Below, in pieces: positions 29,782 through 39,441 of a stretch of DNA of 64,000 nt. The stretch is from Polyangiales bacterium (GTDB lineage Bacteria > Myxococcota_A > Polyangia > Polyangiales > Ga0077539). Each line of letters begins with the position of its first letter. Position 1 is the first letter of the stretch. The position numbers and the translations under genes were made by a program. The notes beneath the pieces are model-generated. The model had not been told where the DNA came from and did no database searches. It saw only the letters and a list, made by a program, of their open reading frames with translations. The stretch is from contig JBGARZ010000005.1 of the NCBI GenBank assembly GCA_044229975.1, forward strand, positions 32,001 through 96,000, given 5' to 3'.

Positions 29782-31053
29782 ATGAAGGTCGCGGTCTACG
29801 GTCTCGGCTACGTCGGCTCGGTCACGGCGGCCTGTCTCGCCGACGCGGGGCACCACGTCGTGGGCATCGACGTGCACCCCGGCAAGGTCGCCTCCATCGC
29901 CGCGGGCGAGAGCCCCATCGTCGAGCCCGGCGTGGCCGAGCGCGTCCGCGCCGCCGTCGCCGCCGGGACCCTCCGCGCCAGCACCCGCGCGGTCGACGCC
30001 GCCGACTGCGACGTTGCCGTGCTCTGCGTGGGCACGCCCTCGCTCCCCAACGGCGCGCAAGACCTCCGCGCGCTCGAACGCGTCTGCCGCGACGTCGGCG
30101 AGAGCTTCTCGTCGTCCGTGGAGTACCCGACGGTGATCGTTCGCAGCACCGTGCTGCCGGGGGTCTTGCACGGCCACCTGCGCCCCGCGCTGGAGGAGAG
30201 CTCGGGCCGCCACGTCGGCGAAGACCTCGGTCTCTGCGTCGTGCCCGAGTTTCTCCGCGAGGGCAGCGGCGTGGCCGACTTCTACGCGCCGCCGATGACC
30301 GTCATCGGCGCGGTCGACGCGCGCGGCGCCGACGCGGCAGAGGCGCTCTTCGGCGTCGAGGGTGCGCCCAGCAAGCGCGTCCACCCCGACGAGGCGGTGA
30401 TGGTGAAGTACGCCAGCAACGCGTACCACGCGCTGAAGGTGGCCTTCGCCAACGAGGTCGACGACCTCTGCGCCCGCCACAACGTCGACGGCCGCACCGT
30501 GATGGAACTCTTCTGCCTCGACGACAAGCTCAACCTGTCGTCCCGCTACCTGCGCCCCGGCTTCGCCTTCGGTGGGTCGTGCCTGCCCAAAGACCTCCGC
30601 GCGATGGTCCATGCGGCGCGCCACCGCGACGCCGTGGTGCCCGTGGTCGAGGCCATCATGCAGAGCAACGCCGCGCGGGTGCAGCGCGCCGTCGACGACG
30701 TGGTGGCGACGGGTGCCCGACGCGTCGCCCTCATCGGTCTCAGCTTCAAGCCCGGCACCGACGACCTGCGCGAGAGCCCGCTCGTCGCGCTCGCCGAGAC
30801 GCTGCTGGGCAAAGGCTTCGCGCTCCGCATCTACGACCCCTCGCTCACCCTCGACCGCCTCACGGGCGCCAACCGTCGCTTCATCGAGCAGGCGATTCCC
30901 CACCTCGAACGCCTCCTCGCGCCCTCGTCTGCGGCCGCCGTCGAAGACGCCGAGGTGGTGCTCCTCGGCCACGCGCGCCCTGCCCTGCGCGACGCCCTGA
31001 CGCTGCGCGACGACCAGCGCCTCATCGACCTCACGCGCCTGCCCGACCCGTGA
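29782..31053 (+). CDS. nucleotide-sugar (GDP-mannose/UDP-glucose) 6-dehydrogenase
   Basis: GLGYVG, CVGTPS, PEFLREG, KYASN, YLRPGFAFGGSCLPKD, GLSFKPGTDDLRESP. Confidence 0.93.
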   Translation: MKVAVYGLGYVGSVTAACLADAGHHVVGIDVHPGKVASIAAGESPIVEPGVAERVRAAVAAGTLRASTRAVDAADCDVAVLCVGTPSLPNGAQDLRALERVCRDVGESFSSSVEYPTVIVRSTVLPGVLHGHLRPALEESSGRHVGEDLGLCVVPEFLREGSGVADFYAPPMTVIGAVDARGADAAEALFGVEGAPSKRVHPDEAVMVKYASNAYHALKVAFANEVDDLCARHNVDGRTVMELFCLDDKLNLSSRYLRPGFAFGGSCLPKDLRAMVHAARHRDAVVPVVEAIMQSNAARVQRAVDDVVATGARRVALIGLSFKPGTDDLRESPLVALAETLLGKGFALRIYDPSLTLDRLTGANRRFIEQAIPHLERLLAPSSAAAVEDAEVVLLGHARPALRDALTLRDDQRLIDLTRLPDP

Positions 31054-33032
31054 ACGACCGCCTCCGGCGCTGCGGCCCGTCGCTGGCGGCGGTGGCGTTC
31101 TTCATCGCGCTCGCGGTCTTTGCCTTCGCGCCGCTCTTCGCGCACGGCGCGTGGTTCACGTGGGACGCGCCCGACGAGTACTGGCCCGACCTCCACTTCC
31201 TCTGCCGCTCCCTCCACGACGGCCATTGGCCCCTCTGGAACCCCTACGACCGCGCCGGTTACCCCTTCCACGCCGACCCGCAGTCGGGGATGTACTACCC
31301 GCTCAACTGGGGTCTCTGCGCGCTCGGCGGTCGCGACGTCGCCATCCAGTGGTCGCAGTGGCGCGTCGTCGCCCACTTCATCATCGCGGGCTGCGCGATG
31401 ACCGGCTTCCTCCGCACGCTCGGCCTGCGCTGGGGGGCGGCGATGGTGGGCGGGGTGGCGTTCATGTTTGCGCCGTACCAGCGCCGCATGTGGGAGGTGA
31501 ACCTCTCGTACACGGTCGCCTGGTTGCCCGCGCTGCTGTGGTCCGTCGAGCGCCTCGCCGCTCGCCCCGACGCCCGCGCCGCCGCGATGCTCGGCCTCCT
31601 CGCCGCCGTCACCGCCAGCGTCGGATCGCCCCCGTCGCTCTACTTCACCGTGCTCACCGTCGGCGTCTACGCGCTCGTGCGCTGCGGCCCGCGTCGCGAC
31701 ACCTGGTGGCCGCTCGCCCTCTCGGCGGTACTCGCCCTCGCGATGTGCGGTGTGATGGTCGTCCCCACGCTGGGCCTGTCCCACCTCTCGGTGCAGCAGG
31801 CGAAAGACTTCGCCAGCATCAGCGCGGGCGCGTACCCGCCGCGTGGCCTCGGCAGCCTCGTGTGGCCCGAGCACAAGCTGCTCTACCTGGGCGCACCCGT
31901 CATCGCGCTCGCGCTCGCCGGCGCCTTCTCGCGTCGCAGCCCCCTCACCCGCTCGCAGCGCATCACCTTCGGCTCGCTCGCGGTGTTCGCGCTCTTGATG
32001 ATGCTCGGCACGGCCACCCCGCTGTATCGACTCATGTACGAGCTCCTCCCGGGCGTGAGGGCCTTTCGGATGCCGCCGCGGTACAGCGCCATCCTCGGCG
32101 CCGCCGCCGCCATCCTCGCCGCGGGTGGGGCGTCGGTGTTGCCTCGCGCCAACATCACCGCGTGGGTGGCGATGGCGGCGGTGCTCGCGAGCCTGTGGCC
32201 CACGTTGCCGCCGGGAAGGAGCGTGCAGACGAGACCCATCCCAGGCGGCGCGGCCCGCTACGCGACGCTACGCGCGCACCTCGATGACGTGGAGTCGTCG
32301 TGGCGCGTACACGATGAGTTCGGCCTCGGGCTGCGCGCGGGCACCCGCTTCCACTTCCGCGACCTGCGCGGCTATCAAGACCCGCTCCAGCTCCGGCGCT
32401 ACTCGCGCGTGATGAACGAGCTCGGCGGCCACCCCCAGCTCCTCGAACAGTTCAACGTCCGCTACCTCCTGCGCGGGCCGCACTTCCTCCACGGCACCGA
32501 ACACCACTTCCTCCCCGCGGGTGCCGAAGCCTCCATCGCGCGCGAGCTCGGCGACGGCGTGTGGGAGACCCGCGCTCCACTGCCCGCGGCCTACCTCATC
32601 GAGCACGCCGAGGTGCTCCCGTCGGGCGACGCCGTGTTCGACCGCCTCGTCTCCGTTGCCCCGTCGCCCGTATGCCTGCTCGAAGCCGACGAGGGCGCTG
32701 CGCCCGCTGGCGCGGCGGGCGCTCCGGTGGCGGCGACCGCCGTCCGGCTCACGCCCGATACGCTCACGTTGCGCGTCGACGCACCGCGCGGCGGATGGTT
32801 GGTGGTGCAGGAGAGCTGGTACCCGGGCTGGGTGGCCACCGTCGACGGGCGCCCGACGATCGTACGTCGTGCGAACTACCTCATGCGCGCGCTGCGGGTT
32901 CCACCGGGTCGCCACGCTGTCGCGATGCGGTATGCGCCACCACGCTACCGCCCACTGGCGGCGGTCGCGCTCCTCGCGCTGGCCGTGTCGATCGCGCTGC
33001 TGGTCCGGCGGCCGAAGCGGTCGGCGGAGTAG
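31050..33032 (+). CDS. YfhO-family membrane protein (GT-C-like)
   Basis: GTG 31050; WPLWNPY..AGYPFHADPQ..YYP, FRMPPRY, C-terminal ESWYPGW.ATVDG...ANYLMRAL.VPPGRH. Confidence 0.85.
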   Translation: MNDRLRRCGPSLAAVAFFIALAVFAFAPLFAHGAWFTWDAPDEYWPDLHFLCRSLHDGHWPLWNPYDRAGYPFHADPQSGMYYPLNWGLCALGGRDVAIQWSQWRVVAHFIIAGCAMTGFLRTLGLRWGAAMVGGVAFMFAPYQRRMWEVNLSYTVAWLPALLWSVERLAARPDARAAAMLGLLAAVTASVGSPPSLYFTVLTVGVYALVRCGPRRDTWWPLALSAVLALAMCGVMVVPTLGLSHLSVQQAKDFASISAGAYPPRGLGSLVWPEHKLLYLGAPVIALALAGAFSRRSPLTRSQRITFGSLAVFALLMMLGTATPLYRLMYELLPGVRAFRMPPRYSAILGAAAAILAAGGASVLPRANITAWVAMAAVLASLWPTLPPGRSVQTRPIPGGAARYATLRAHLDDVESSWRVHDEFGLGLRAGTRFHFRDLRGYQDPLQLRRYSRVMNELGGHPQLLEQFNVRYLLRGPHFLHGTEHHFLPAGAEASIARELGDGVWETRAPLPAAYLIEHAEVLPSGDAVFDRLVSVAPSPVCLLEADEGAAPAGAAGAPVAATAVRLTPDTLTLRVDAPRGGWLVVQESWYPGWVATVDGRPTIVRRANYLMRALRVPPGRHAVAMRYAPPRYRPLAAVALLALAVSIALLVRRPKRSAE

Positions 33033-33113
33033 AACGCCAGGCGGGCCATCGACGAGGGACTGCCGGCGCGCAATTGACCCACGCAACGAAGCGCCCGCAG
33101 CATCGCGGCCGCC

Positions 33114-34037
33114 ATGCAGGAGATCAACGTCCGGGGCACCTACCTCATCGCGACGATCGCGCTCTTCGTCGCGTCGGTTTGCCTGCTGGGCGTGGTGACG
33201 TCCGCGCTCAGCGAGACGACCCTCATCACGCTCGGTGTCAGCGCCCTCGTCGCCGGCGTACTCCTCAACTACGAGCGCCGACGCGACTCCCTCGCGCTCG
33301 CGCTCTACGCCGCCTGCGTGCTCCCCTTCGTCGCTCTCGTCGCGGGCATCATCTGGCGGCAGGCCGACGCCGGACCTTCGCAGATCGCGGTCGCCACCCT
33401 CGCCGTGTCCGTGGCGGGTTTCGTCGCGTGCGTGGCCTTCGTCATCCGCGAGCGCCGCAAGACGGACGTCGTCCCCAACGTGCTCCTCCAGCGCGTGTCG
33501 CCTGCCAGCGTCTTCGAGAGCGAGGGCGTCCAGTGGGCGTTCGCCCAGGGCAGCAGCGACCTGCGACGACCCAGCACGATCCAGGTCCTCCTCCAGAACT
33601 GCATCGACGCTCCGCGCCGCGTTCGCATCAGGCTCACCGAAGAGTCCGGCACGCTGCGCCGTCGCGGAGGCGTCCGCCTGCCACCGATCGGCGACGTCGA
33701 GCTCGCGGCCGGAGAGGTCGTCGCCGTCACGGTGCCCGTCTCCGCCGGCGCGCGCGAGTCCCGCTGCGTCGACGTGTACATCGAGCTGCGCGCGAGCGGC
33801 CCTGCGGGCGAGCGCCTGCGCGTGTTTCGCGGCCGCATCGCGTCGACGCGGGTGTCGGTCGTCATGCAGATCCTCGGCGCCTTCGCGGGCTACTTCCTGT
33901 GGGGCGGCGGCGTCTCGGTGAGCTTCGCCAACACTGAGCCCGTGGCCGACGATCACCCCCTCACCGCCCCCACGAGGGAGACCCTCTGGTCGATGCCGCC
34001 GCGCGATCTGCTGCCGCCGACGTCACCGGGTTCGTGA
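33114..34037 (+). CDS. hypothetical membrane protein
   Basis: Four N-terminal TM segments plus Ig-like beta region; host codon usage. Confidence 0.65.
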   Translation: MQEINVRGTYLIATIALFVASVCLLGVVTSALSETTLITLGVSALVAGVLLNYERRRDSLALALYAACVLPFVALVAGIIWRQADAGPSQIAVATLAVSVAGFVACVAFVIRERRKTDVVPNVLLQRVSPASVFESEGVQWAFAQGSSDLRRPSTIQVLLQNCIDAPRRVRIRLTEESGTLRRRGGVRLPPIGDVELAAGEVVAVTVPVSAGARESRCVDVYIELRASGPAGERLRVFRGRIASTRVSVVMQILGAFAGYFLWGGGVSVSFANTEPVADDHPLTAPTRETLWSMPPRDLLPPTSPGS

Positions 34038-34043
34038 GGCCGG

Positions 34044-34820
34044 TCAGCGCTCGACGACGTAGACGAAGTACGCGCTCGTCACCGCGAACGACCCCGCCGC
34101 CTCGTTGCCCCTTTCGAGCGCCTCGATGCTGCGCTCACGCAGCGACTCCCACGCGCCCGGGATGTTGGTCAGTACCTTCTTCGAGAAGCGCCACACCGGG
34201 TGGTTGGTCGCCTGCTCGTCGAACCACGCCGCGGCTGAGTCCGCGCGAAACACCAGGCTCGTCTCGGTCGTCTCGGTCGTCGCGCCCTTCGCCGCAAACA
34301 GCGCCCGCACGCTCTCCGGATCCCACCACGGCGGCGGCGCACCCGGCGGCGTCGGTTGCAGCGCCGCGAGCGCCTGGCGCAGCAGCATCCCTGCCTCGGC
34401 GATGGCACCGTCCGCCGTCCACGCCGAGATCACGGCGCGCCCGCCCGGCGCCAACACCCGGACCACCTCCTCCGCCGCCCGCTCATGATCCGGCGCGAAG
34501 ATCACCGCGAAGACCGAGACCACCGCGTCGAAGGCACCGTCGCCAAAGGGCAGCGCCTCGGCCGACCCCACCACGCAGTCGATGGTCAGCCCCTCGGCGC
34601 GCGCCCGCTGCCCCGTGACCTCCACCAGCCGCGCCGCCGGGTCGATCGCCCGCACCGTCGCGCCCCGTCGCGCCGCCGCCAGCGCCGCGTTGCCCGTCCC
34701 GCAGCCCAGGTCGAGCACCCTGCGCCCAGGGCCCACCGCCGCGCGGTTCACCACCACCTCGGTCGCTTCGAGCAGCGAGCGCGCCGTGTTCTCGTAGGTT
34801 CCGTCGCCCCAGTCGATCAT
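34044..34820 (-). CDS. class I SAM-dependent methyltransferase
   Basis: VLDLGCGTG, AEALPF.DGAFDAV, LAPGGR; ATG 34820. Confidence 0.9.
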   Translation of the reverse strand: MIDWGDGTYENTARSLLEATEVVVNRAAVGPGRRVLDLGCGTGNAALAAARRGATVRAIDPAARLVEVTGQRARAEGLTIDCVVGSAEALPFGDGAFDAVVSVFAVIFAPDHERAAEEVVRVLAPGGRAVISAWTADGAIAEAGMLLRQALAALQPTPPGAPPPWWDPESVRALFAAKGATTETTETSLVFRADSAAAWFDEQATNHPVWRFSKKVLTNIPGAWESLRERSIEALERGNEAAGSFAVTSAYFVYVVER

Positions 34821-34896
34821 GCGCGCCACGCTACCACCGCCCGAGACGGACGCGGCGCTGGCCTTCGCGACCGGGTTCGTGGCGTACTCCGAGGCG

Positions 34897-35886
34897 ATGG
34901 CGTCGACCGCGAACCAAGTGACCACGGGCCCGCGCGAGCGTCCGCTCTTCGGCGTCAACCTGCCGTGGTTCTTCGGGTCTTACGGGCACGACCTCGCGCC
35001 CAACGAGCACCACCCCACCTGGGGTCACCGCTTCGACGCCGCCCTCGCCGAGCGCTCGCTCCAGTCGGCCCGCGCGATGGGCTTCGACGCCGTTCGCATC
35101 TGGCTCTGTGAGCACGCCGAAGGGGTCGTCACCCGCGACGGTCGCATCGACGCCGTGCACCCGGCCCTGCTCGCCAGCATCGACGCCCTCCAGGGCATCG
35201 CCGCGCGCCTCGGCCTCCGCGTCTACTGGACCCTCCTCGACGCCAACTCGTGGAAGCGCGAGGGCGACGCGCTCACCCACGCCATCGTCGTCGACCCCGA
35301 CGCCACCGCGCGCTTCGCCGAACGCATCGCGGCCCCCATCGCCCGCGCGCTCGACCCGTCGCTCGCCGTCGCGTTGGAGGTGCTCAACGAGCCCGAGGTG
35401 ATGACCCCCGAGTGCCTCGCTCCCACCGACTCCTCCGTCCCATGGACCACCATCGGCCGCGCGCTGCACACCATCGGCGACGCCATCCGCGCCGAGCGCC
35501 CCGCCATCCCGGTGACCGCCGGCACGATGCACGTCTTCCTCCCGCGCCTCTGGGCGAGCGGCGCCGCGCTCGACGCCATCGACGTGCACCTCTATCACCC
35601 CGACGGCGGCCTGCCTCCGCTCGCTCACCTCGCGGACTACGTGGGCGACCAGCGCATCGCGCGCGGGGAGGTTCCGCTCATCGCGGGCGAGTGCGGGATG
35701 CCCGATGGGGTCGACGTCGCCGAGCACGGGCGCCTCGCCAACTACCTGCACAACGCCGCGCGCAACGACTACCGCGCGGCCTTCCTGTGGCGCCTCGAAG
35801 GTCCGTTGGTGCGCCGCGACGACGAGGGTTCGCTGACCGACGCCGGGCACCGCGTGCGCGACACGCTGGGCCGGGGCGTGCCGTGA
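34897..35886 (+). CDS. glycoside hydrolase, clan GH-A (GH5-like)
   Basis: FGVNLPW, VRIWL, acid/base LNEPE, DVHLY, nucleophile AGECG, FLW. Confidence 0.75.
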   Translation: MASTANQVTTGPRERPLFGVNLPWFFGSYGHDLAPNEHHPTWGHRFDAALAERSLQSARAMGFDAVRIWLCEHAEGVVTRDGRIDAVHPALLASIDALQGIAARLGLRVYWTLLDANSWKREGDALTHAIVVDPDATARFAERIAAPIARALDPSLAVALEVLNEPEVMTPECLAPTDSSVPWTTIGRALHTIGDAIRAERPAIPVTAGTMHVFLPRLWASGAALDAIDVHLYHPDGGLPPLAHLADYVGDQRIARGEVPLIAGECGMPDGVDVAEHGRLANYLHNAARNDYRAAFLWRLEGPLVRRDDEGSLTDAGHRVRDTLGRGVP

Positions 35887-36689
35887 GCGCCAACTCGGTC
35901 GAGCGGTGGGATGTGTTCTGGCGGTGGGAGAGCTTCCGTCGGCGGTGCGACCCGGTAGACGCGCGCCGCTGGAAGCGCGACTCGCAGCGCGAGCTCTGGG
36001 AGCGCTTCGGTGACCGCGACCCGCTGGTGCTGGACGCGACGCTCGGGCTCGGCGACCACGCGCTCAACCTCTGCGAGCTGGGCTTCCGCACGGAGGGCTG
36101 CGACGGGAGCGCGCTGGCGTTGTCGCTCGCCCGCGAGATGCTGGCGCGGGAGGGCGCGCGGGTGGAGACCTTCGAGGCGCGGTGGGCCTCGCTGGGCGCG
36201 ACGCACGCGGGTCGCTACGGGCTGATCTTCCACGACGCGCTGCACTGGATCTACGAGCGCGACGAGCTGCTCGCGGCGCTGCGCGGACTGCACGCGGCGC
36301 TGGCGCCGGGCGGGGCGCTGGCGTTCTTCTTCGCGGAGGCGAAGAAGCCCGAGGAGGGGGAGGCGCTGCGGGTGATGCAGTGGGAGCTCGCGCGCCTGGT
36401 CGAGCACGAGGACGTGTGGTCGCACGAGCGCGACGGGACGCGGGTGACGTGCACGCGGCGCAACGTGGTGGGGGCGGACTACATCGATCAGGCGTACTCG
36501 TTTGCGGTGAGCGAGCCGGGTGGGGCCACGCGGGTGGAGGAGACGACGTTGCGCCGGGTGTACCGATGGGACTGGTTCGCGCTGGGCGGGGTGCTGCGCG
36601 AGGCGGGCTTCGTGGATGTGCGGTCGGAGCAGTGCCGCAACGCGCTCGGGGATGGCTACGCGCTCAACCTGGCGTACCGGGCTGGGTAA
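35883..36689 (+). CDS. class I SAM-dependent methyltransferase
   Basis: GTG 35883 overlapping upstream stop; VLDATLGLG, GCDGS, LAPGG. Confidence 0.8.
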   Translation: MSANSVERWDVFWRWESFRRRCDPVDARRWKRDSQRELWERFGDRDPLVLDATLGLGDHALNLCELGFRTEGCDGSALALSLAREMLAREGARVETFEARWASLGATHAGRYGLIFHDALHWIYERDELLAALRGLHAALAPGGALAFFFAEAKKPEEGEALRVMQWELARLVEHEDVWSHERDGTRVTCTRRNVVGADYIDQAYSFAVSEPGGATRVEETTLRRVYRWDWFALGGVLREAGFVDVRSEQCRNALGDGYALNLAYRAG

Positions 36690-36729
36690 CCGCGCGAGCT
36701 TCGACGCATGGCCCGCAATGCGCGCGTCT

Positions 36730-36820
36730 GCCCAACGGCTGGCCGCTGTGCCACCGCAGTGGGCGGGGTGGGGTGGTGATGAGTGGAGTGGGAGCGGTCG
36801 GCACCATCGGCTTGTTGGGC
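36730..36820 (-). other. attC: attC site 7 (91 bp)
   Basis: Minus strand GCCCAAC AAGCC GATGGTGC ... GCACAGC GGCCAGCC GTTGGGC. Confidence 0.9.
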
Positions 36821-36821
36821 A

Positions 36822-37520
36822 CTAGCCACTGCCATTGATGACTAGCACTTTGCGCCCCGTTCCGCCATCCGCTTCCCAGCCGTATTTCGTCACACCTCGG
36901 CGTCCCAAACACTCGCAAGTTGCGGTGCCGCTCGCCGTTGCGTTCATGAACTCAACGATCAGAAGACTCCGCAAGGCCATTCGGGACACCAAGCTGTCGC
37001 ACATTCGGCCAAGCGCCTCGCCGGAGTAGTATTGCAGTACCTTGCGACAGACGATCAGGTCGAACGGGCCCGTTTCGACTGAGGCGTCGGCAATGTCGCC
37101 TCGAACAAAGCGAATGGTCCCACCAGCACGATACGGCGGAGTCCATACGCACTGTTTCGCGAGCTTGCCTTCTCTGTAGGTGTCATACCGGTGCTCGCGA
37201 ACCGTTGGCGCCGCGCAGTTCGCTTGTAGACGCAAGAGCGCTACATCCGAGATGTCTAGCGCTGTGACCTCTGCTCCCATCGCGACAAAGTCGAGAGGTT
37301 CGATCGAGACACCGTTACCGGCAAAGAGAGCCCGAGACACTGGCGTCGATTCAAAGTACTCCCGCATTTGGAACGCCAACGAGTAGATGGGGAGTGAATC
37401 GCCCGCATGGCTCGCCCACCACTTGTTCCACCATTCAGGGTTGCGAACCTCCTCGGCGTGGTGGCGACCACCTGAGGTGGCCTCTCTTCCCGAGAACAGG
37501 CTACGGATGAACGAAAGCAT
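36822..37520 (-). CDS. cassette 7: class I SAM-dependent methyltransferase
   Basis: RBS gagga; LFAGNG, VTALDIS, GDIAD...FDLIVCRKVLQYY; stop abuts attC. Confidence 0.8.
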   Translation of the reverse strand: MLSFIRSLFSGREATSGGRHHAEEVRNPEWWNKWWASHAGDSLPIYSLAFQMREYFESTPVSRALFAGNGVSIEPLDFVAMGAEVTALDISDVALLRLQANCAAPTVREHRYDTYREGKLAKQCVWTPPYRAGGTIRFVRGDIADASVETGPFDLIVCRKVLQYYSGEALGRMCDSLVSRMALRSLLIVEFMNATASGTATCECLGRRGVTKYGWEADGGTGRKVLVINGSG

Positions 37521-37533
37521 GGTCCTCTGTATC

Positions 37534-37624
37534 GCCTAACGACTGGCCGATGTGCCGCCGCACCGGGCGCGGCGGGTTGGCAGTGGGTGAAGCGGGGGCG
37601 GTCGGCACCATCGGCTTGTTGGGC
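37534..37624 (-). other. attC: attC site 6 (91 bp)
   Basis: Minus strand GCCCAAC AAGCC GATGGTGC ... GCACATC GGCCAGTC GTTAGGC. Confidence 0.92.
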
Positions 37625-37647
37625 ACGTCAGGTCGCATGCGTCACAT

Positions 37648-38127
37648 TCACAGGTAATCAAAGAACCGGATCCACCAAGTGATTCGTCCGTCGTTGAGCG
37701 CGCGGTTCTTGCCGTCGTAGATCTCGCCGAGTTCGTCTGCTGGCACATATCTCCAGCCTCGCAGTTCGACCACTGCCCTGATTCTATCCACCGGGTAGTT
37801 TGTCAGAGTGTCCGGCACGGCGCTGTAGATCGTATAAAAGCGCCCGAAGTTCGAGAACCGCACCGCGATCTCGGGAGTGAGGGCTACGACGCCATTCGCG
37901 CGAAAGCTGTCCGGATGAAGTCGGCGCAGTTCGTCGTGAAAGGATGCGTCTTGCACATACCCATCGCGGTCAAACGGCAGATTGAGTTCATTGCGTAGAG
38001 TTTCCTGAATGCTCCCAACGCTTGCCGCGAGTGCGTCGTACGGGAAGGCCGCCCAATTCTCTCCGGGCACCTCGCAACCGACGGGGTCGTCAGAGTCGTC
38101 GAGCAGTTTTCGAAGCGCTGGATTCAC
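37648..38127 (-). CDS. cassette 6: hypothetical protein
   Basis: GTG 38127 just inside the core site; ends ...WWIRFFDYL before attC. Confidence 0.75.
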   Translation of the reverse strand: MNPALRKLLDDSDDPVGCEVPGENWAAFPYDALAASVGSIQETLRNELNLPFDRDGYVQDASFHDELRRLHPDSFRANGVVALTPEIAVRFSNFGRFYTIYSAVPDTLTNYPVDRIRAVVELRGWRYVPADELGEIYDGKNRALNDGRITWWIRFFDYL

Positions 38128-38135
38128 GGATACCT

Positions 38136-38226
38136 GCCCAACGACTGGCCGCTGTGCCGCCGCCACGTATCAGGTGACTGTTCCTCTGGCTGATTGGACG
38201 CGGTCGGCACCAGCGGCTTGTTAGGA
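38136..38226 (-). other. attC: attC site 5 (91 bp)
   Basis: Minus strand TCCTAAC AAGCC GCTGGTGC ... GCACAGC GGCCAGTC GTTGGGC. Confidence 0.9.
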
Positions 38227-38518
38227 ATGCTGAACCTTGCTGGCGACGCGATGGTGGCAGTGCCGGACGTGGGACGCAGGCCAACCGTGGTCGTTGCCGT
38301 GGTCGTTGCCGTGGTCGTTGCCGTGGTCGTTGCCGTGGTCGTCGCCGCGGCCGTCGCCCTCGCCGTCACTGCCCACTGCCTGGCCGTCACGTCGCTCGTC
38401 TCCCATCGCTCACAGTTCGCTGCTCGAAGACCGTTGTCCGTTGTCGGACGCTTGCTTCCTCGCCGATCGTGGCCCGATTCGTGCTCTTCGCAGGGCGCCG
38501 CTCGTCGCTCTCCGAGCT
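38227..38518 (-). other. cassette 5: no convincing gene; 12-bp tandem repeat; possible 61-aa His/Asp-rich peptide (38221..38406)
   Basis: ccgtggtcgttg x4 plus 2 variants at 38285-38356; bounded by matching GTTAGGA/TCCTAAC cores. Confidence 0.7.
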
Positions 38519-38609
38519 TCCTAACGGCTGGCCGATGTGCCGCCGCAATGAGCGGGAGATCCGTTCCTGAGGCTGAGTGCGAGCGGTCGGCACCATCGGC
38601 TTGTTGGGC
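38519..38609 (-). other. attC: attC site 4 (91 bp)
   Basis: Minus strand GCCCAAC AAGCC GATGGTGC ... GCACATC GGCCAGCC GTTAGGA. Confidence 0.92.
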
Positions 38610-38699
38610 ACGCCGCCCGCTGCCCTGTCCACGCGCATGTGCGACGTCACGCCATTGCTCTCCGTGAACTCCGTAGCGCCGGACCCAAGACGATCGGCA

Positions 38700-39251
38700 T
38701 CAGTCGCGCTTCCATAGCGAGAGGAATTCCGCGGCTACCACCAACGTTCGGCCGCTGTCGGAGAACCCGAATGCCCGTAGCTCGGGCCAATCCTTGACCA
38801 ATAGGAACTCCCTGTCCGATTCGCTGGATGGGTCGTCGTAGGGGACTTTGAGCACCAAGCTCTCACAAGGCCAGTTGGGCGCGATTCGACGGACCTTCCA
38901 TCCGTCCGGGGTGAAGGCCTTGAGCCCTCCCCCCCACAAGCCAGCAACGGGGATGCGCCGGCCGGCGAGCGGCCCGATGCCGACAACCGACACGGGGTAA
39001 GGGTCGTGCTCGCCCTCCGCGTTGCCGCTGTGGCCAGGTTCGTCGGCCAAGGTGTCGCCCGTCTTGGCGTCGACCACGGTCAGTCCGTCGTGGGTCAGCA
39101 CAACCAGCCACTCGGTGCCCGGTGCGAAACCCATCGCGACGGGCATCTCGAAAAATCTCTCCACCGACACCCGCGCCCAAGGGGGCGGCGGATTGACCCT
39201 CTGGCGACTTCGCCACTCTGCACGAATCTTTCGGATGCGCTCATTGGTCAT
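38700..39251 (-). CDS. cassette 4: hypothetical protein (beta-rich)
   Basis: 183-aa ORF filling the cassette; AGLWGGGL..TPDGW, AFGFSDSG. Confidence 0.75.
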   Translation of the reverse strand: MTNERIRKIRAEWRSRQRVNPPPPWARVSVERFFEMPVAMGFAPGTEWLVVLTHDGLTVVDAKTGDTLADEPGHSGNAEGEHDPYPVSVVGIGPLAGRRIPVAGLWGGGLKAFTPDGWKVRRIAPNWPCESLVLKVPYDDPSSESDREFLLVKDWPELRAFGFSDSGRTLVVAAEFLSLWKRD

Positions 39252-39316
39252 TGAGTCTTCGGCCCTGATCGAAGGGCCTTGTCGCTCTCACGCTGCCAAC
39301 CCGTGGGGCCGAGGCT

Positions 39317-39407
39317 GCCCAACGACTGGCCGATGTGCCGCCGCAGCGGGCGCGCCGGGTTGGCGGTGGATGAAGTGGGAGCGGTCGGCACCATCGGCTT
39401 GTTCGGC
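39317..39407 (-). other. attC: attC site 3 (91 bp)
   Basis: Minus strand GCCGAAC AAGCC GATGGTGC ... GCACATC GGCCAGTC GTTGGGC. Confidence 0.92.
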
Positions 39408-39441
39408 CAAAGTGGTCGCTGCGACGGCAAGATGGCAGCCA

